Of a stretch of 64,000 nucleotides of DNA, positions 1 through 13,500 are shown piece by piece. Numbering within the stretch: position 1 is the first letter of the stretch; every line of letters begins with the position of its first letter. The notes beneath the pieces are model-generated. The model was not told the origin of the DNA. It was given only the letters and a program-made list of their open reading frames with translations, and did not search any database. This DNA is from Fimbriosthenelais zetlandica (taxonomy: Eukaryota): the NCBI GenBank assembly GCA_977030845.1, contig OZ365113.1, forward strand, positions 11,408,001 through 11,472,000. Reading direction: 5' to 3'. A program made the translations under genes and the position numbers.

Positions 1-8
1 TGACCTGC

Positions 9-56
9 ATGCCATCTGAGCTAAGGAAGCCATGGAGGAGCATCTCCATAGACATG
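9..56 (+). mobile_element. Possible Ty3/Gypsy integrase remnant (PWxSISxD motif)
   Basis: Frame from 9 reads MPSELRKPWRSISIDM (PWRSISIDM at 30-56), resembling the Gypsy integrase core start P..PW.SISMDF. Short, at the window edge, and nothing matches downstream. Confidence 0.25.
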
Positions 57-926
57 AATGCATACACAGGAAGGCATGTATGCCAAGAGACAGATGAGGA
101 AAGAAGAACATATATATGAAACAGGGAATGATTGAGTTGTGCGATCGATTGTGAGCCCAATTTAGCTTGCTTCTATAAATAGAAACAGTGCCAGAACCGA
201 CATATTTCATCCTTAATGCAGGTCCTGCCTACATGCATATTGCTTTCTAAGCTAAAGACTTTGAATAGAGATAGAAGCACCTGAGACATAATCTTCTCAC
301 GCTAAATATGTATAGAAAAAAGCAGGATCAAGAAGGAAGATATATTCCACAAGGATTGCTCGTGGAAATCGGATGGTTTGGTTAGGCAGCTGCTATAACA
401 TTGTCTATGAATAAAGAAAAGTGGAAGGTTGAAGGAGGAGAATGAAACGTGAGATTGGAATGAAAAAACATTGCTGTTGAAGGGTAAGAATGAAAGAGAT
501 AATGATATGCATTATCTGAGGTAGAGATTTTGAGGTATAACTAGAACAGGACGTCAGCAATATCAAGAGAAGCTTAAGAAGGAACCAGTAATAGCTCCTA
601 GAAGAACCTAGAAATAGTGGAGCTCAAAAAAGAAATTAGTCAAAGGGGAAGAGATTGAGAGAGTTGCAAATTGGTGGCCTGATGCTAAGGCCCACTCTAC
701 GATACTACTACTCTGGCTTCATTGTATCAGCAGCCACCGTGGAGTAAGCTCTAAATACTCCTCTGCAAGGAAACATACCCCTTGCATTCACACACTGCCT
801 TCATTTCCCTTGCCCAACCCACCCATCCACACAGACACAGATGTGAACAGGCTGCCCGCCAGTGAGCAACGGCTCGGAGTGAGACTCTAGTACAGGAGTT
901 GGAGAGGGAGAGTTGGCGGAGTAGTT

Positions 927-967
927 GGAGGAGGAGGAGGAGGTGCAGGAGAGGAGGAGGAGGAGGA
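927..967. repeat. Interrupted (GGA)n microsatellite
   Basis: GGA runs at 927-943 and 951-967, read directly. Confidence 0.9.
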
Positions 968-974
968 TCCAACC

Positions 975-1141
975 TGTATATATGTGTATGTGCATGTGTG
1001 TGTATGTGAGTGTGAGTGGTACAAGATTCAGCCTTCAGCCTTGTAACTGCATCATTGTATCCACCACCAACACAGTGTGAGGAACAGGTGGAGTGCTGGG
1101 CTGGATGTAGTGTGTGTATGTGTGTATATATATATATATAC
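975..1141. repeat. TG/TA dinucleotide microsatellite patches
   Basis: Imperfect (TG)n/(TA)n at about 975-1018 and 1108-1141, including a pure (TA)8 at 1125-1140. Confidence 0.85.
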
Positions 1142-4100
1142 ACCTGTGTTGTGTGCATCACGGTGGAAACAGGAGTCTAACGGATCTTCCCTGTGGAACA
1201 CCATTGCTGGATACAGTTAAACTATTACACTATTAGGATTAGCCACAGAAAAGCTGATCATTTGGGAGTGTGTTAAGTGTGTAATGGAGTAACGTAAGCC
1301 AGCAAGTAGCCCAACCCTGGAAAGTGGTGGATGAAGTAGTGGAGGCAAATGGGAGTTTACCACAGGATCTGGCAATAGCGCCCAATGCACGGCCTCCACG
1401 CTTCTTGCCACCCGCCGGTCAAGCCGGGTGGCTCTTCCCATCGGGAATCAGCCAGTCATGGTTCTAGCTCTTCTAGTCCACCAAAAGGTGCCAATAAGAA
1501 GAAGAAGATGGTGTTTTCTCTTAGGTTTTTCCGGCCCAATGGAGAGGCCCAAGGGAAAGCAGTGCTTGAGGTTCACCGGAGAGAATCGAAGGACAAACAG
1601 GCTTCGATGCCTCTCCAACCTCGGCCGCAGGATGACATCGACAGGTTTGACAGATTACTATATTATACCCCTATTATCAATTAAAACCTTTTAAAACCTT
1701 TGAAATCGGAGAAAGATGTGTTTGGTGGGGTCACAAAAGAGACTGATCAGTTCTGATTCACTCCTCCGAACCATAATCATGAATGGACCAGCTCCCTCTG
1801 TATATATCATGATTATATCATATTCCCCATATAAAATATCTTGCCTTAGGCTCCAGCAAGTAGCATATCATATAACGCCAGCATATATATATAGTGTAGA
1901 TACAGTAACAGTTCTGTAATAATTGCATGTAAATCTGAATTGAGAAGAGATCAACTACACACTGGCTGGCATTTGGAAACCTTACACTCTCAGGGCTCTT
2001 TGTCATGACTCAACAATTGCCTTCCTACGAAAAACACTATACCCGGATTTGAACTGGACATGATTATATAAAGGATAAACAGCTAGAGTTCACATGTTCA
2101 TGAAGTATCTAGTGTTATGAATCTCGTCAAATCGTAGTTACTAATTTTCTTTCAGTTGAAAATCATAATTTTGTGAATAATATCTCTATTCCGGCCATCT
2201 TATATTCAATAATATCCATATACACTGAGGACTGCCCGCTGTCTGGGAATAGGCCGGAGCATTATCAACTCGACTTATCTCACTTGGCTTAAAAGCTCCA
2301 TAGATCTGTTTAAGATTATCCATGTATTAAGAGCTAACACTTGTATTTGATGGACATTAATTGTTCAGCACTTTGAGTGGTTATTCTGGCACGCACCCAT
2401 AGACCCTCTGCCTGCCTTGAATTGATCGCATTCCGTTTGTTTTATTCAAATATTAACCTGTCTTTTAAGCAACAATATATATTACATTTGACCTGTTTCT
2501 TCGCCAAATTGTCTTACATTAGCCAAAGATAAGTCCGTGGGATAATGCAGAGTTTGTTCTTTATGAAACAGGCCAGGTTTGAAACATGCGGCGACATTAT
2601 GCACTTGCGTATCTTGGTATAAGATATATGGGTCTATGTATATTTATTTATTACAAATCTCTGAATGATTCATTTCTTCATAGAGCCCTATATTTGTATA
2701 TAGACAAGCTCTCGGCAGAATGGTCGGGCATTCTATCCATCTTAATTGATGTATGTGATGTTTTCATGACCTGAACAGGATCTAATTCTATGTTAATTCT
2801 CCATTAAATTATGATGGAAAATTATTACATTCAATTTGACATAGAAAATTGATTGTCTAATTGATTAAACGTACACGTTGCCCACCTTGATTAAAAGTAT
2901 ACCTTGCCCAAAATAGTATGAATGATCTTTTCAAATTGTCAAATCCAGCTCAATCCCGAGTGATCACCTACATGTATATAACCATGAAAAGATGGGTTTT
3001 CCATGATAAGGCAGCTATTTTGTAGAATGAGCCAGTCCCTATATCTCTACTAATACTCTTGTTATAGACCTAGCTCACTAATCTCTCACCATTCATCAAC
3101 GGTCGATGGATATTCATTATAGCCTGTGAGTTTGTACCGGTCAATGTACACTATACCGCAGCCTGCCGCCCATTGCTTTCTGCTGCTTTTGCTGCTCATA
3201 CTGATGTCCCACATATTTATAAGGCACTCGTTTTTCATTCAGTCTCCAAAGAATTAGTTGTTAGTCACAACTGATATATAATGCATCCTGATTATAAAAG
3301 TGAGACTCTTATGTGATAGACTTATGGGTCCCTGTTCTATGTAATTATATCAATTACATCCCCAAAGGGAAGCGTATGGAATCATTAATCTGTTGGGCAT
3401 ATTACATGGTCGGAACGACTGCATAAGATATCATAGGGCCCCCCAGCAAGGCACCGTAGGAGAGAGCTGGGAGATACTCACAGGAAGCCCTGGTCAAGGC
3501 GATTTGACCCTGACCATGCAAGGATATGAGTAATTACATGTACTATCATCCTAGCATTTATGATCAAAATGATTATTACATCATTACATTTCAATCATTT
3601 GATTAGACAAATGTTAGCAAACTTTAGTTTATGTAAAGTTTCTGAAATACCCCAATAAGCTCATAATTCAATCAATATCTAGAGTGAAGAGTGGCTCTGG
3701 ACCATGTGTACATTATATGTATCATTAGGCCACGCGTATTGAACATGAGCTCCATGTAATTATACAAATAACCAAATACCCTGACTTAATCAAATCACAG
3801 TAATAGTCGGACAGTACTTAACAAAGTCTATGTATACACATTTAGGGGCTGGGGTACCTGCTTAATTCGTTCCATGTCCAGGGATTTGCGTTATGTAAGT
3901 AATCTAGAAGTTATATTGGTTGGCTATGGATATATTGATTCTACTTATATAGGATAATTGTGAATCACAAAAGTATCTCCAACATACAATTACGTCATTC
4001 TGATCCAAAATGACTATATATCAGTATTCTCTGTTCTATTTTCTGATATTAATATACTAGCATTGTATTCATAGCAATGCTTTGTACTTATTTGCGTCAT

Positions 4101-5310
4101 TGTTGCTATATATAATAATGTACGTGTAGGCCTACATGTATTTATATTTGATATAGGTTATACTCGAACCACCTCATTGTAAATGTAATATAGAAGAATA
4201 AATAATACGCTTTAGAGGGGAGAATTATTTCTAAAGCAATAAAATGTCATTTTGTGCCAGGGGAAGACCGTAGTTCTAGCAACGGAAACATACCACATCA
4301 TCCACCGTTTGTCTCGCTCAAGCTTTTCCCCAAAGTGTTTCTAAAAATATGAGAGGAGACCAGTACAGCAGTAGATTACTATTGTGGAGGTACTGAGTCA
4401 TCGCTCAGAACTAATATGTTACCCCTCACACACAAGGATGAAAGCCCTATCAATTATTGACCCTATCCATATAGGGTTCATCCCATATGCCTTAACACAC
4501 AGATGACATTATATATGTACATTTCTCTCGATGGTGTACCAAGGAGGGAATCAAAAGGTTTTCCTGCACTTTGCAGCACTTGGGCTCACAGTGTATCCAA
4601 TTTGAATAGGATACCATCTACATAGACATATTTGGTATGACACTATACAATTGTATACAATTAATAAACTTGTATTACGCATAGTTCGGCCCTGCTTTAA
4701 AACATTGTGTGTATGTCACTTTGAAGAAAACATCAGAGGAAGATGAAAAGTGCATCCATTTCAAACTCAACACATCTCCATACATCATTTTGATGGATCA
4801 CTTATAATTTGCCCCGAGAATTTCCTAGTCACATACTTGAAGCATAAAGAGAGTGGATTATCTGTGTATAGAAATGAAGGGCTAAAGTTGCTGGGGGGTG
4901 ATAAATTACCATAGTGAGACCCAGGAGGAAGAGGTAGCCAAGGATGGGGGATGATCAGCATCGGTGGCTAATTGAGGGAATGGGGAATATAGCCAGGACC
5001 ATAGGGATAAGTGTCAGGTCCCCTCTCGGCATTAGATGCATGCAGCCACTGCCACGGACCAGGTTCTACCTGTATACTTCCTTTCTTTCCTTATGCATAA
5101 ACTCGACCTGTTTGTGTACTGTTCATTCTGCACGCATATTTAACACACATCTACTCATTTCCCACAGACATGCACCTACAATTCATGTAGTGTTAGTATA
5201 CATCTATGTTGGGTTCAAATGTAACAGTGAACTAGCTAGACTTCTTTCTGCTTTGCCTATACATGTATAACCTAGCAAATATAATCTGCATAGCTTTGGA
5301 GACCTTTTGT

Positions 5311-5328
5311 AAAAAAAAAAAAAAAAAA
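5311..5328 (+). repeat. Poly(A) tract (18 nt)
   Basis: Counted directly; no target-site duplication identified. Confidence 0.95.
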
Positions 5329-7815
5329 GTAGCCTGTATGCCTTTATAAAATGATCATTTTTTAAATCTACCTGGGTGTATTACTACGCAATCATTCATC
5401 ACAAATGTAATATTGAAATGCATGGGCCTGGCACTTAATGATTAGAAAAACAGCAATGTACTATGTTTTAATAGATTTTCCCATTTTGTATTCCCCCATG
5501 TCTGTTTAATGCTTAATGCTGGGAAGCACTGATGCATTATGAGTTAATATGCCATATTCTTACATCATGGTCCTAATTAGAGGCACGCTGGCTAATATGA
5601 CATTGGAATCACAGCCTTAGGACAAATAAAGACCCGGTTGTGGCAAAATCAGTGGCATACCTAGAGTATAATATATATATATAATGATGTATTGACCTGT
5701 GCTGCTTGCATGGAGGTAAGCCCTCTCATGCAGTAGCTCATTCATTTAAGTTGGATCTTAATATATCTAAACTCATTCTTGTTCATTAAATGTGATTCAA
5801 TTGCATTTGATATGATTTAAGTGATATGGGACCTTTCGCGGTTCTACTCGCGTTTCTATTCAGTGTAGTACTATTTTGAATAAGAAGCGAAGTGAAATAT
5901 GATGCGATCGTTATAGAGGCAATGTGTCCTTTCCCATGCCTAGTTCCAATATAACTAGGCCTACTTCCGGTCACCCAGGCCCAACCAGTAATATGTTGCC
6001 TTAATTGAAGCGATCCAGTCACATGGCAACTAGATGGTCTCAACAATCAGCGCTGAGATTGCCATCTGTAGACACGTGAACAGTTCATTGTAGCCGTCTC
6101 TGTAGGTTTCACACATTTGTAAACGTCACTAACGTGTATTACGTCATCGAAAAAGAGGATGGGAACATTTCCTCTCACAGATTAATTGTTCTTGAGCGTG
6201 GGAATGACACTCAGAACCAAGTTATAGGTTCCTATGCTCTTCAAAGAGCAGCATAGTGCGATCTTGAGTCAAAAGAAGGGACAATGAAATATCAGAAACT
6301 GGAACCTGTGGTGTGACCAAACTATTAATCCTAGATTCCTAACTTTTGTCTAACAACTGGTAACAATAACAATCGCATGTTGGGTTCACCATGGCATCCA
6401 AGTGGCGATCATTCATATTGAAAGATTATGCCAGGTCATTCACTTAAGTTGGGTTTACGTATGAACCTTGTATTTCGAGAAAATAGTGGTCGCCTTGCTG
6501 ACCAAATAGCTGAAACCTACCTCGCTTTCTAATAGCAGATCACATAGAAGTTCATGTTTCACTGCCTTTAAATTCTCCTAGAAGGTTTTGTGTTCTTATG
6601 GCTCAACAGCCATGATGGCTATTACGATATCTCTTCCCCTGGTCCCCTTCTACCAGGGGATCTCTATTTTTTTCCCCTTTCTATGCTTTCTCATTCTTCC
6701 TGCACAAGTCAGACCATCCCTGAATTGAAACCGAGGCTCCCTCTGGTGACTTGCGGATGAAGCTGTGCTCTGCTTCTGTCACAGTACTACTACAAGCCAT
6801 TGCTCCTCCTGCCGCCAGCCCTGACCCCAGCCCCTGGAGAGTCTTGGAGGAGGTAGAGGAGAGAGACAGGTGTGTGTAGAGAGGAGGATGAGGATAAAGA
6901 TATATACCTCCTCTCCAACCATCACTATCACCACTTCGCACACATGTACCTGCCGCGTAAAAGCAGCATCGAACCATTTTATCGAAGAAGTCTTCTTCTG
7001 ATTTGACATTGACCAGTCAAAGAGAAAAGAGAAGAGGAGAAGAATAGACTCAATTGCAAAAATAGGAGTAAGGAGAGGGAGAGAATCCAGATAGAGGAGG
7101 AGAGCACAACATGGTAGTGGCGTTACTACGGTCTTCAACACCAATGTCTCGATACAACAAGTTCTCGGCTCGCTCAAGGTCTTTACAATAACATCTTGGG
7201 TATTGTCTGGTTTTTCATGCACCAGAATCTATTCACCTGACACCAATAACTTCACTTCCACACTGCCAATAGCTCACCTTTTATGTTTGAAATTACAAAA
7301 AGCACTATAGTTTGAGATGTCCAAGTCACAGTGTATCCATTGATTTGATGATTTTCACTATGTAGACCTGTAGTTTCTTATTGTATATATGTCTATAATA
7401 TTATTGTTGAAAAGACAATATTTGGATTGAAATGGAATAGATGGACGTACTGTGTACTTTCCAGCTATTATTGTTCCTGATTCTTAATGTGGTCTATAAC
7501 ATTGATACAATGAGAGCTAATAGCCCTCGCTTATGGAGACTTTCCTCTTCCTTTTGCCTTCTTTTCTGCCCTCCCTTTTCTCAACCCGTTATACCCATTC
7601 TTCTCTATCCAGTGGAAACTTTGTCGTTCGATACCATGACAGGTGTTGTACATTCCGAGCCTTCCATCACCCAAAATACAAAAGAACTGTCCGCCTTTTT
7701 CTCTACATCCCCCTACTAGTGCTGGTTCTTGCTTCTTTGCTTTGAAACGACCTAGCCTCATATTGACCGGACCTTGCCTTTAATATCGACATAACTATAC
7801 CAGCCACAGTTGCCA

Positions 7816-7842
7816 TGGCAAACCACTAATGAAATTGATCCC
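7816..7842 (-). mobile_element. Possible Gypsy integrase remnant (GINFISGLP)
   Basis: Minus strand reads GINFISGLP, resembling the xMDFI(T/S)GLP motif with D>N (GAT>AAT). A stop follows 6 codons later. Confidence 0.22.
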
Positions 7843-8556
7843 ATAATGCCGTGCATGTTCTTGACGCCACCGCCGCCATGGCCCCCAGGATACAATCTGG
7901 TTGATAACAGCTTTCATTGACAAACATCACCTATTTTTTTTATCTGCGAACTCTTCTATAGCCATATTGGCGTGTATACATGTGCATGTTAAGTTTGCAC
8001 CTAGAAGGTCAGTCCCCACTCGAACATACAAGGTGCAATCTCAATACTCAGCATAGAAGTAACAATGTCATTCTGAGATTTGTAGATGACCTTCACATCA
8101 ATGTTATGATCTGCAGTGTGTTGCTTCCTTTGTCCAACTGTATAACTGTTCTTAGAATTAAGACTTTCTGGACAGGCACTTGTGCCTGGCAATACTGTAC
8201 TTGAGGTCGATAATCATATCAAGGCTGGGGTGCAGCTTTTGATCTCTTCTGCAGATGTTCTTACAGCATTACCACTGTATAAAGATAGTGTGATGTTAGC
8301 AAAAAGCATTCCTCTGGAATAATCAGTTGACCTACGTTTTATTACCGTTACAATTTGTTATTCCTTAATTATTGAAAATAAAACATGGCAAGAGGAAGAC
8401 CAAAATGTCTATCATAAGATTGGTCATAGCTGTGCGTATAGGGAAATAAGTTATCATTGGGTTTCAGTACTTCTGTCATTGATGATGTTTGTATCGCAAA
8501 TGACTGAAACTCAACTGGAATTGTTTCGTATTACTTTTTTGCTGTGAGAACTTCAG

Positions 8557-8631
8557 CTGGGTGATTTCTATACACCTGGCAGGAAGCGGTTTAGTTTGCC
8601 ATACAAACACGAGATGTCTCAGACGTCTGAG
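8557..8631 (+). CDS. Candidate internal exon (75 bp), product unknown
   Basis: Acceptor ...ttacttttttgctgtgagaacttcAG| and donor GAG|GTGAGC. Length is divisible by 3. Phase 0 reads LGDFYTPGRKRFSLPYKHEMSQTSE; phase 2 is also open. Confidence 0.25.
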
Positions 8632-9040
8632 GTGAGCTGCTCGTGGCGCTGCCAGCAGTGTGTTGGGGAAGTGGCTGGAGATATGTGAACAGGCCCTGTT
8701 TTTGTCACCCTCAAACCCACAGCCTGCTGCCTTAGGCCGGGAGGTGCATGTGCATCCGTCAATCGGCAGTTATAAGGAGATATCCCTATATACCACAGGG
8801 AAAGCTGCATCTTGTAGGATAAATGGAAAAGCTGGAATAAATGGGCCAAGCTCTGTCCATGTCAACACCTGAGGTAGTCCTGCTGGATGTCAGATGGGTT
8901 GTGTGCTCTCTGTGGGGGAGTGCCAGGACTGCCAGCACCACAGACAGAATACCCTCTATCTACCTCCTCCACCTCTTGCTTTTCCTCAGTCTTTCCTGGA
9001 CCTTACACCCCTCTCTACATAGTTACTACTCAGTCTACGA

Positions 9041-9143
9041 CCACGGCCACCATCACCACCACTGGCACCACCAGAGCTCACCCTGAATCGCACGCTCTGT
9101 GCCTCCTCCATCTCCCCCTCCTCCACCACCTCCTCCTCCTCCT
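9041..9143. repeat. (CCA)/(CCT)-rich low-complexity block
   Basis: Imperfect CAC/CCT triplet runs, read directly. Confidence 0.85.
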
Positions 9144-9630
9144 ATTCTGATTGTCATGTGTGTACTTGTTAAACGAACATCGATTTTTGGCGACCCGGGA
9201 GTGGTTCCTAAATATCTATTATGCACCTTCGTGGAGTGAAGTAAGGAGGAAAGGGCTTGGACTGAGGGCAAACGAGGGCCTTGTGTGCTTCTGTCCCTCT
9301 TTATGTGTCAGGAGGGAGGACTGGAGGGACCAGGAAGCAGAGGGTTTAGAACCTGCAGAAAGTCGCTTCCTCCAAAAGGGGCAAGCGATTGGTTTGGCAG
9401 GACGAGGATGTCGCTCGGCTTCCCTCATAGCTGACGATGATGCGTCGACCGGAAAACTAGCAGCGCGAGCGACAGCCCGGAGAACGAAGGACAGTCAACG
9501 AAGCAAGCCTCCGTACCAAACCGGGCCAAGGCCAACTGCTGCTCCCCTCCCCATCACCAAACCACTGGCTGCCTCTTCTGCAGCTTAGACAACACAAACC
9601 GGCATAAAGCTGGTGTGCCACCGCTGCCAA

Positions 9631-9712
9631 CACCACCTCTTCCTCCTCCTCCTCCTCCACCTCCTCTACCATCACCTCCTCCTCATCCTACTCCTCCTAC
9701 CACCACTCCTCA
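9631..9712. repeat. (CCT)/(CCA)-rich low-complexity block
   Basis: Imperfect CCT triplet runs, read directly. Confidence 0.85.
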
Positions 9713-11443
9713 CAAAACACACCACCAGACTGCTGTCCCCAGTCTACAACCTGCCTCAGCTGACGAATCTTGGAGTTAGTCGTTCAACATTCCCTCCTCC
9801 TGGTGGTCTTCTCATCTCATGGCAACACCCCGGTCTCGTATTCTCTCTAATCTCTATATCTCTTTTTCCCTTTTCTATATGCTAACCTTTTCTTGCTGTA
9901 ACCTATAGTCTGTGTTTCCTCTGAGTAGAGTTGCTATAGGTACTTCTTCCACCTCTAGATCCTTTACAACCCGTAGACATCCCCCTCCTTTACATGTCTG
10001 CCTAGATGCCATGGATGTCCTCTGTTAGCCTTCAGAGTCCACCATAGAAATTAGATGTCAGCTTCAAGGTGGCTGTAGTTTCCTTATTTTCCTTAGCCCA
10101 TGAATGACAATGAGCAGAGGTTGTGATATAAAACGGAAACTACCAAGCCAGAAGAACTTTGCTGAGGGAGGATCTTGCTTTTCTGACATAGCATGTGTAA
10201 CATGACATGACAACATAGCACACCCTCTTGCACATACATGAACATGGGTGACCCATATAATATATGCTTTATGATAAAAAGTGAGTGAAGTAATGAAAAG
10301 CAATGAAATTAATAGATGGGTGTGGGAAAATAAATCCTACAAATGTCAACTTCACTAGGAATATAATATCAAATCCATTATACTCAACAAATGTGTCCTC
10401 ATTTTCCATGGGATCCTTTGGTGCTTTGCTTTATTCCATCAATGTAGATGATCACGTCATTTTCTGATTTGCTTCATTATATAAGTTAGATGAGTTACAT
10501 GTTAGATGTCCCCTTATGTGTAACTTTAGGAGATTACATTTGATCATAATGCTTGAACAGTAGCCTATAGGTTAAATAGTTTTAAATTCAATTTGCACAC
10601 CGCTACAATTATAAAACTAATTATTGGATAACGGTTTTATGTGATGTTATTGTACTCAAAAGCACTTTGCCAACGGTTTGGTCTATTTATGAAGTGCCTT
10701 TGAAACTTTAAATAGTAACGAGTTGGATTGCAATTTAGTCATTAACAACTCAACAATTATTTAGGAAGACTTGTCGCAGGCCAGAAATGAAGTATATTTT
10801 GAAAATATTTTAAAAACTCCTTAAAGTACACTTCATCTGTTTATTTTAGGGTAAAGTTGGTAAAAAGGCTTATCCCACCACATGTCTATAGGCCTTAGGG
10901 AATTTTAAAAGAACAAATGAATTTTAATTACATTTTAATATACCAGCATGTCACAGACTGCAAATGATTTGTTGCAATTTGAAAAATAAAAGATTGTATT
11001 TGTTATTTGCGTTACTTGAATTAATTAATAGAATTTTGTATAAATAATCATCACAGGAACTTTACACCTTACAAAACACAGCTGATCACCAAGAATTGAT
11101 CCACGAGTCAATTGTAAAGGGTTTTTAACACATAAGTCGCCCTAATAGTCTCAGTTCATGTAAAAATTCAAGAAATTAACTGCTTTCCAGCAGTCGGCCT
11201 CGAAAATACCCTATTACTCTTCCAAGTCAATATATATCCATTTTAGGGGATTGTTTATAAGAGTTCCTTTACTATTTTGGCCATCTGGTTTTGCGGCCAA
11301 AGCAACTGCCTGAAGTTCTCCATTATCGCTCATTGGTGCTATTAATAGCAGCAGTGCCCTCCTCGCCCACATGCACTAGCAATATTTCCTGTCTCTGACC
11401 CATGCCTGTCATCCATTGATAACACGTTATCTTCTGTTTCCAG

Positions 11444-11545
11444 GCACCTACCCCCCTGGCTCCTACCTGGCTATGGATCGGACGGTACGCACTGGCCCGC
11501 CGGCACCCCACCGGACACTCAGATGCACGTTCGCCACTGGAAAAA
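11444..11545 (+). CDS. Candidate internal exon (102 bp), product unknown
   Basis: Acceptor ttatcttctgtttccAG| (11443) and donor AAA|GTAAGT (11546). GC/CpG-richer than its flanks, length divisible by 3, all three frames stop-free (e.g. TYPPGSYLAMDRTVRTGPPAPHRTLRCTFATGK). Confidence 0.35.
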
Positions 11546-12492
11546 GTAAGTTAGACAACCTAACATGTAAATACACCTAAATCCACATTATCCTTCCCTA
11601 TCACTCATAGTAACCTTAAATCTATTGTAGATCATCATCCCCACCCATGTAGTCCCTTTTACGTTTGTCTGTTTCATTGTCCCTGCCCTCACTTATTTTT
11701 GTCAACAAGAATCACCATTTAAAAAAAACTTACATACAGTGTTAATTCAACGAACAACATCATCTTCCACCTGAACATCACTGGACTCCTTCTCCTTTCC
11801 TGAATCATGCCATTCCTGAGCATGACTTTCTTAACAAAAACAGTTTTTTCCTCACCTTAACTAACTTTCTCCTTTCCTTTCCTTTTTTCCAATCCTTTTG
11901 TTTTCTTCAGCCGGAAAAATCCGGGATTTCTCTTCGCCTCCAGCCTGCAGACCTCCACCATTTTACCCAACCCTGAGGATCATCCTTTACTTTTGTAGGA
12001 TAAGAACATTTATAATAGAAATATACCTAATGTTTTTATGCTTTTAAATCTTATACGCTTCATCTAAAATAATATGAACATTCTTCCCACTACATCAAAG
12101 ATACTCGAAACGTTATTTTATAAAAAAAAAATACAGCTATTGTTTTGTGTAGCCATGCAAAATAATACACATCTTCACCCATAATATGCTGAACACCACC
12201 TTCGTTACAATGCTTATGCACACTAGTTTCATTCATGTATGTAGAAACAAGCTACAATGCAGTCCACATTCAATTGAGATACATTCGTAACACTAAGAAA
12301 ATGATCTTCGTCAGGTCGGCCTATTCAATTAATGGCCATCTCAGTCAAATGCTAGACATGCACTGAAACCTCAATATAAATATATCTAAGTTTCTCTGAC
12401 AAAGAATGATTATACATTTTGGGGTTTACTCTCACTAGGCCTACATCGAAATAGATATCAGGATAACATGTTGATTTCTTATCTCTTTTTTA

Positions 12493-12529
12493 GGGTAGGG
12501 GGCGGGGGGGGGGGGGGGGGGGGTTGGGG
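12493..12529 (+). repeat. G-tract with a 20-nt poly(G) core
   Basis: gggtagggggc(G)20ttgggg; the pure run spans 12504-12523. Confidence 0.9.
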
Positions 12530-13442
12530 TTAGTGCTTCATTTTTTCTACTCATAAGGGAACCCATTTTGGTATTGATTAAAGTCAGATTTTGCTGAAGA
12601 AAAAGCTGTCATTTGTGGGCATAAGATACAAAAACAAACTTGACAAGTATGTGGGTGATCAGTTGTAACATGTTATCGTGTAAGATATTGGTAGGGCCAT
12701 GTATGATCTGCCCCAACCCACCTTGTTCTTTTACTTTCTTTTAGACATTTTACTTCAGTTAGGAGTGCCATCATTGGTGAGGGCCCGGAGTGGCCTCCCT
12801 CCTCCAAGTCTGTCTGATGCATGTTTATGGGTGTTAGCTGGTCGGTGGAGATGCTATATATGAAGGCGAGGAGAGGCGCGGCAGGGTTGGGTGTTATATG
12901 AATGAGGTAGAGAGAGGCGGGGGGGTGGGGAGACTGCTGTATGCTGCCAGTCTATGTCCTATACTGGCTCCTTCCAAAATCCACCCCACTAGTGATGGGT
13001 GGAGAAGAGTGTTTAGAGGGGGAAGGGTATCTAGGAGAGCCAACATTCTAGAGGGTGACGTAGAGAAACAGATAATAAGAGACATTCACCTGGTGGACAC
13101 TATTTTTAATGATAAAAATACAGAGTTGTGTCCGAGCAGGACTAAAATCAGGGTGGGATAGACGGATAATAATTATACCTGGAATGAATACATATCAACC
13201 TTATTTAAAGGCGACTTGCAAGTTAGAATCCGAGTGTAGCTTACAGGGTGGAGATGGTAAATTAAAATTAAATTGTGATTGCCTTATTCCCTTATTAACT
13301 TCTTTTGAAAGGTCATCCCGTCTCGCCTCTCTTTGAGCTTGAAAGATTCCAAAGTCCTTTTTGAAATTCCTGGGCCCGCCTGCTCGTTACTGACCTGGCC
13401 ATGTAGGATTTAAACCTGCCTCTCAACCCCTCACCAGTCCCC

Positions 13443-13500
13443 ATTGGTCATGTGACACACGCCTGACCTCTGACCTGGGTCACGTGGGTAACCATGCGCA
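13443..13500. promoter_or_regulatory. Dense cluster of TF-binding consensus motifs (putative enhancer/promoter)
   Basis: Inverted CCAAT 13443-13447; GTCATGTGAC 13447-13456; perfect DR1 TGACCTcTGACCT 13464-13476; E-box GTCACGTGG 13479-13487; TGCGCA 13495-13500. Confidence 0.4.

Noticed and set aside
1385-1684. 99-aa basic/Ser-rich ORF in a CpG-richer patch
   Set aside because: No domain or convincing splice/start context; KKKK alone is not evidence.
13045-13065. ILEGDVE as a 2A-like (GDVExNPGP) peptide
   Set aside because: The essential NPGP is absent.
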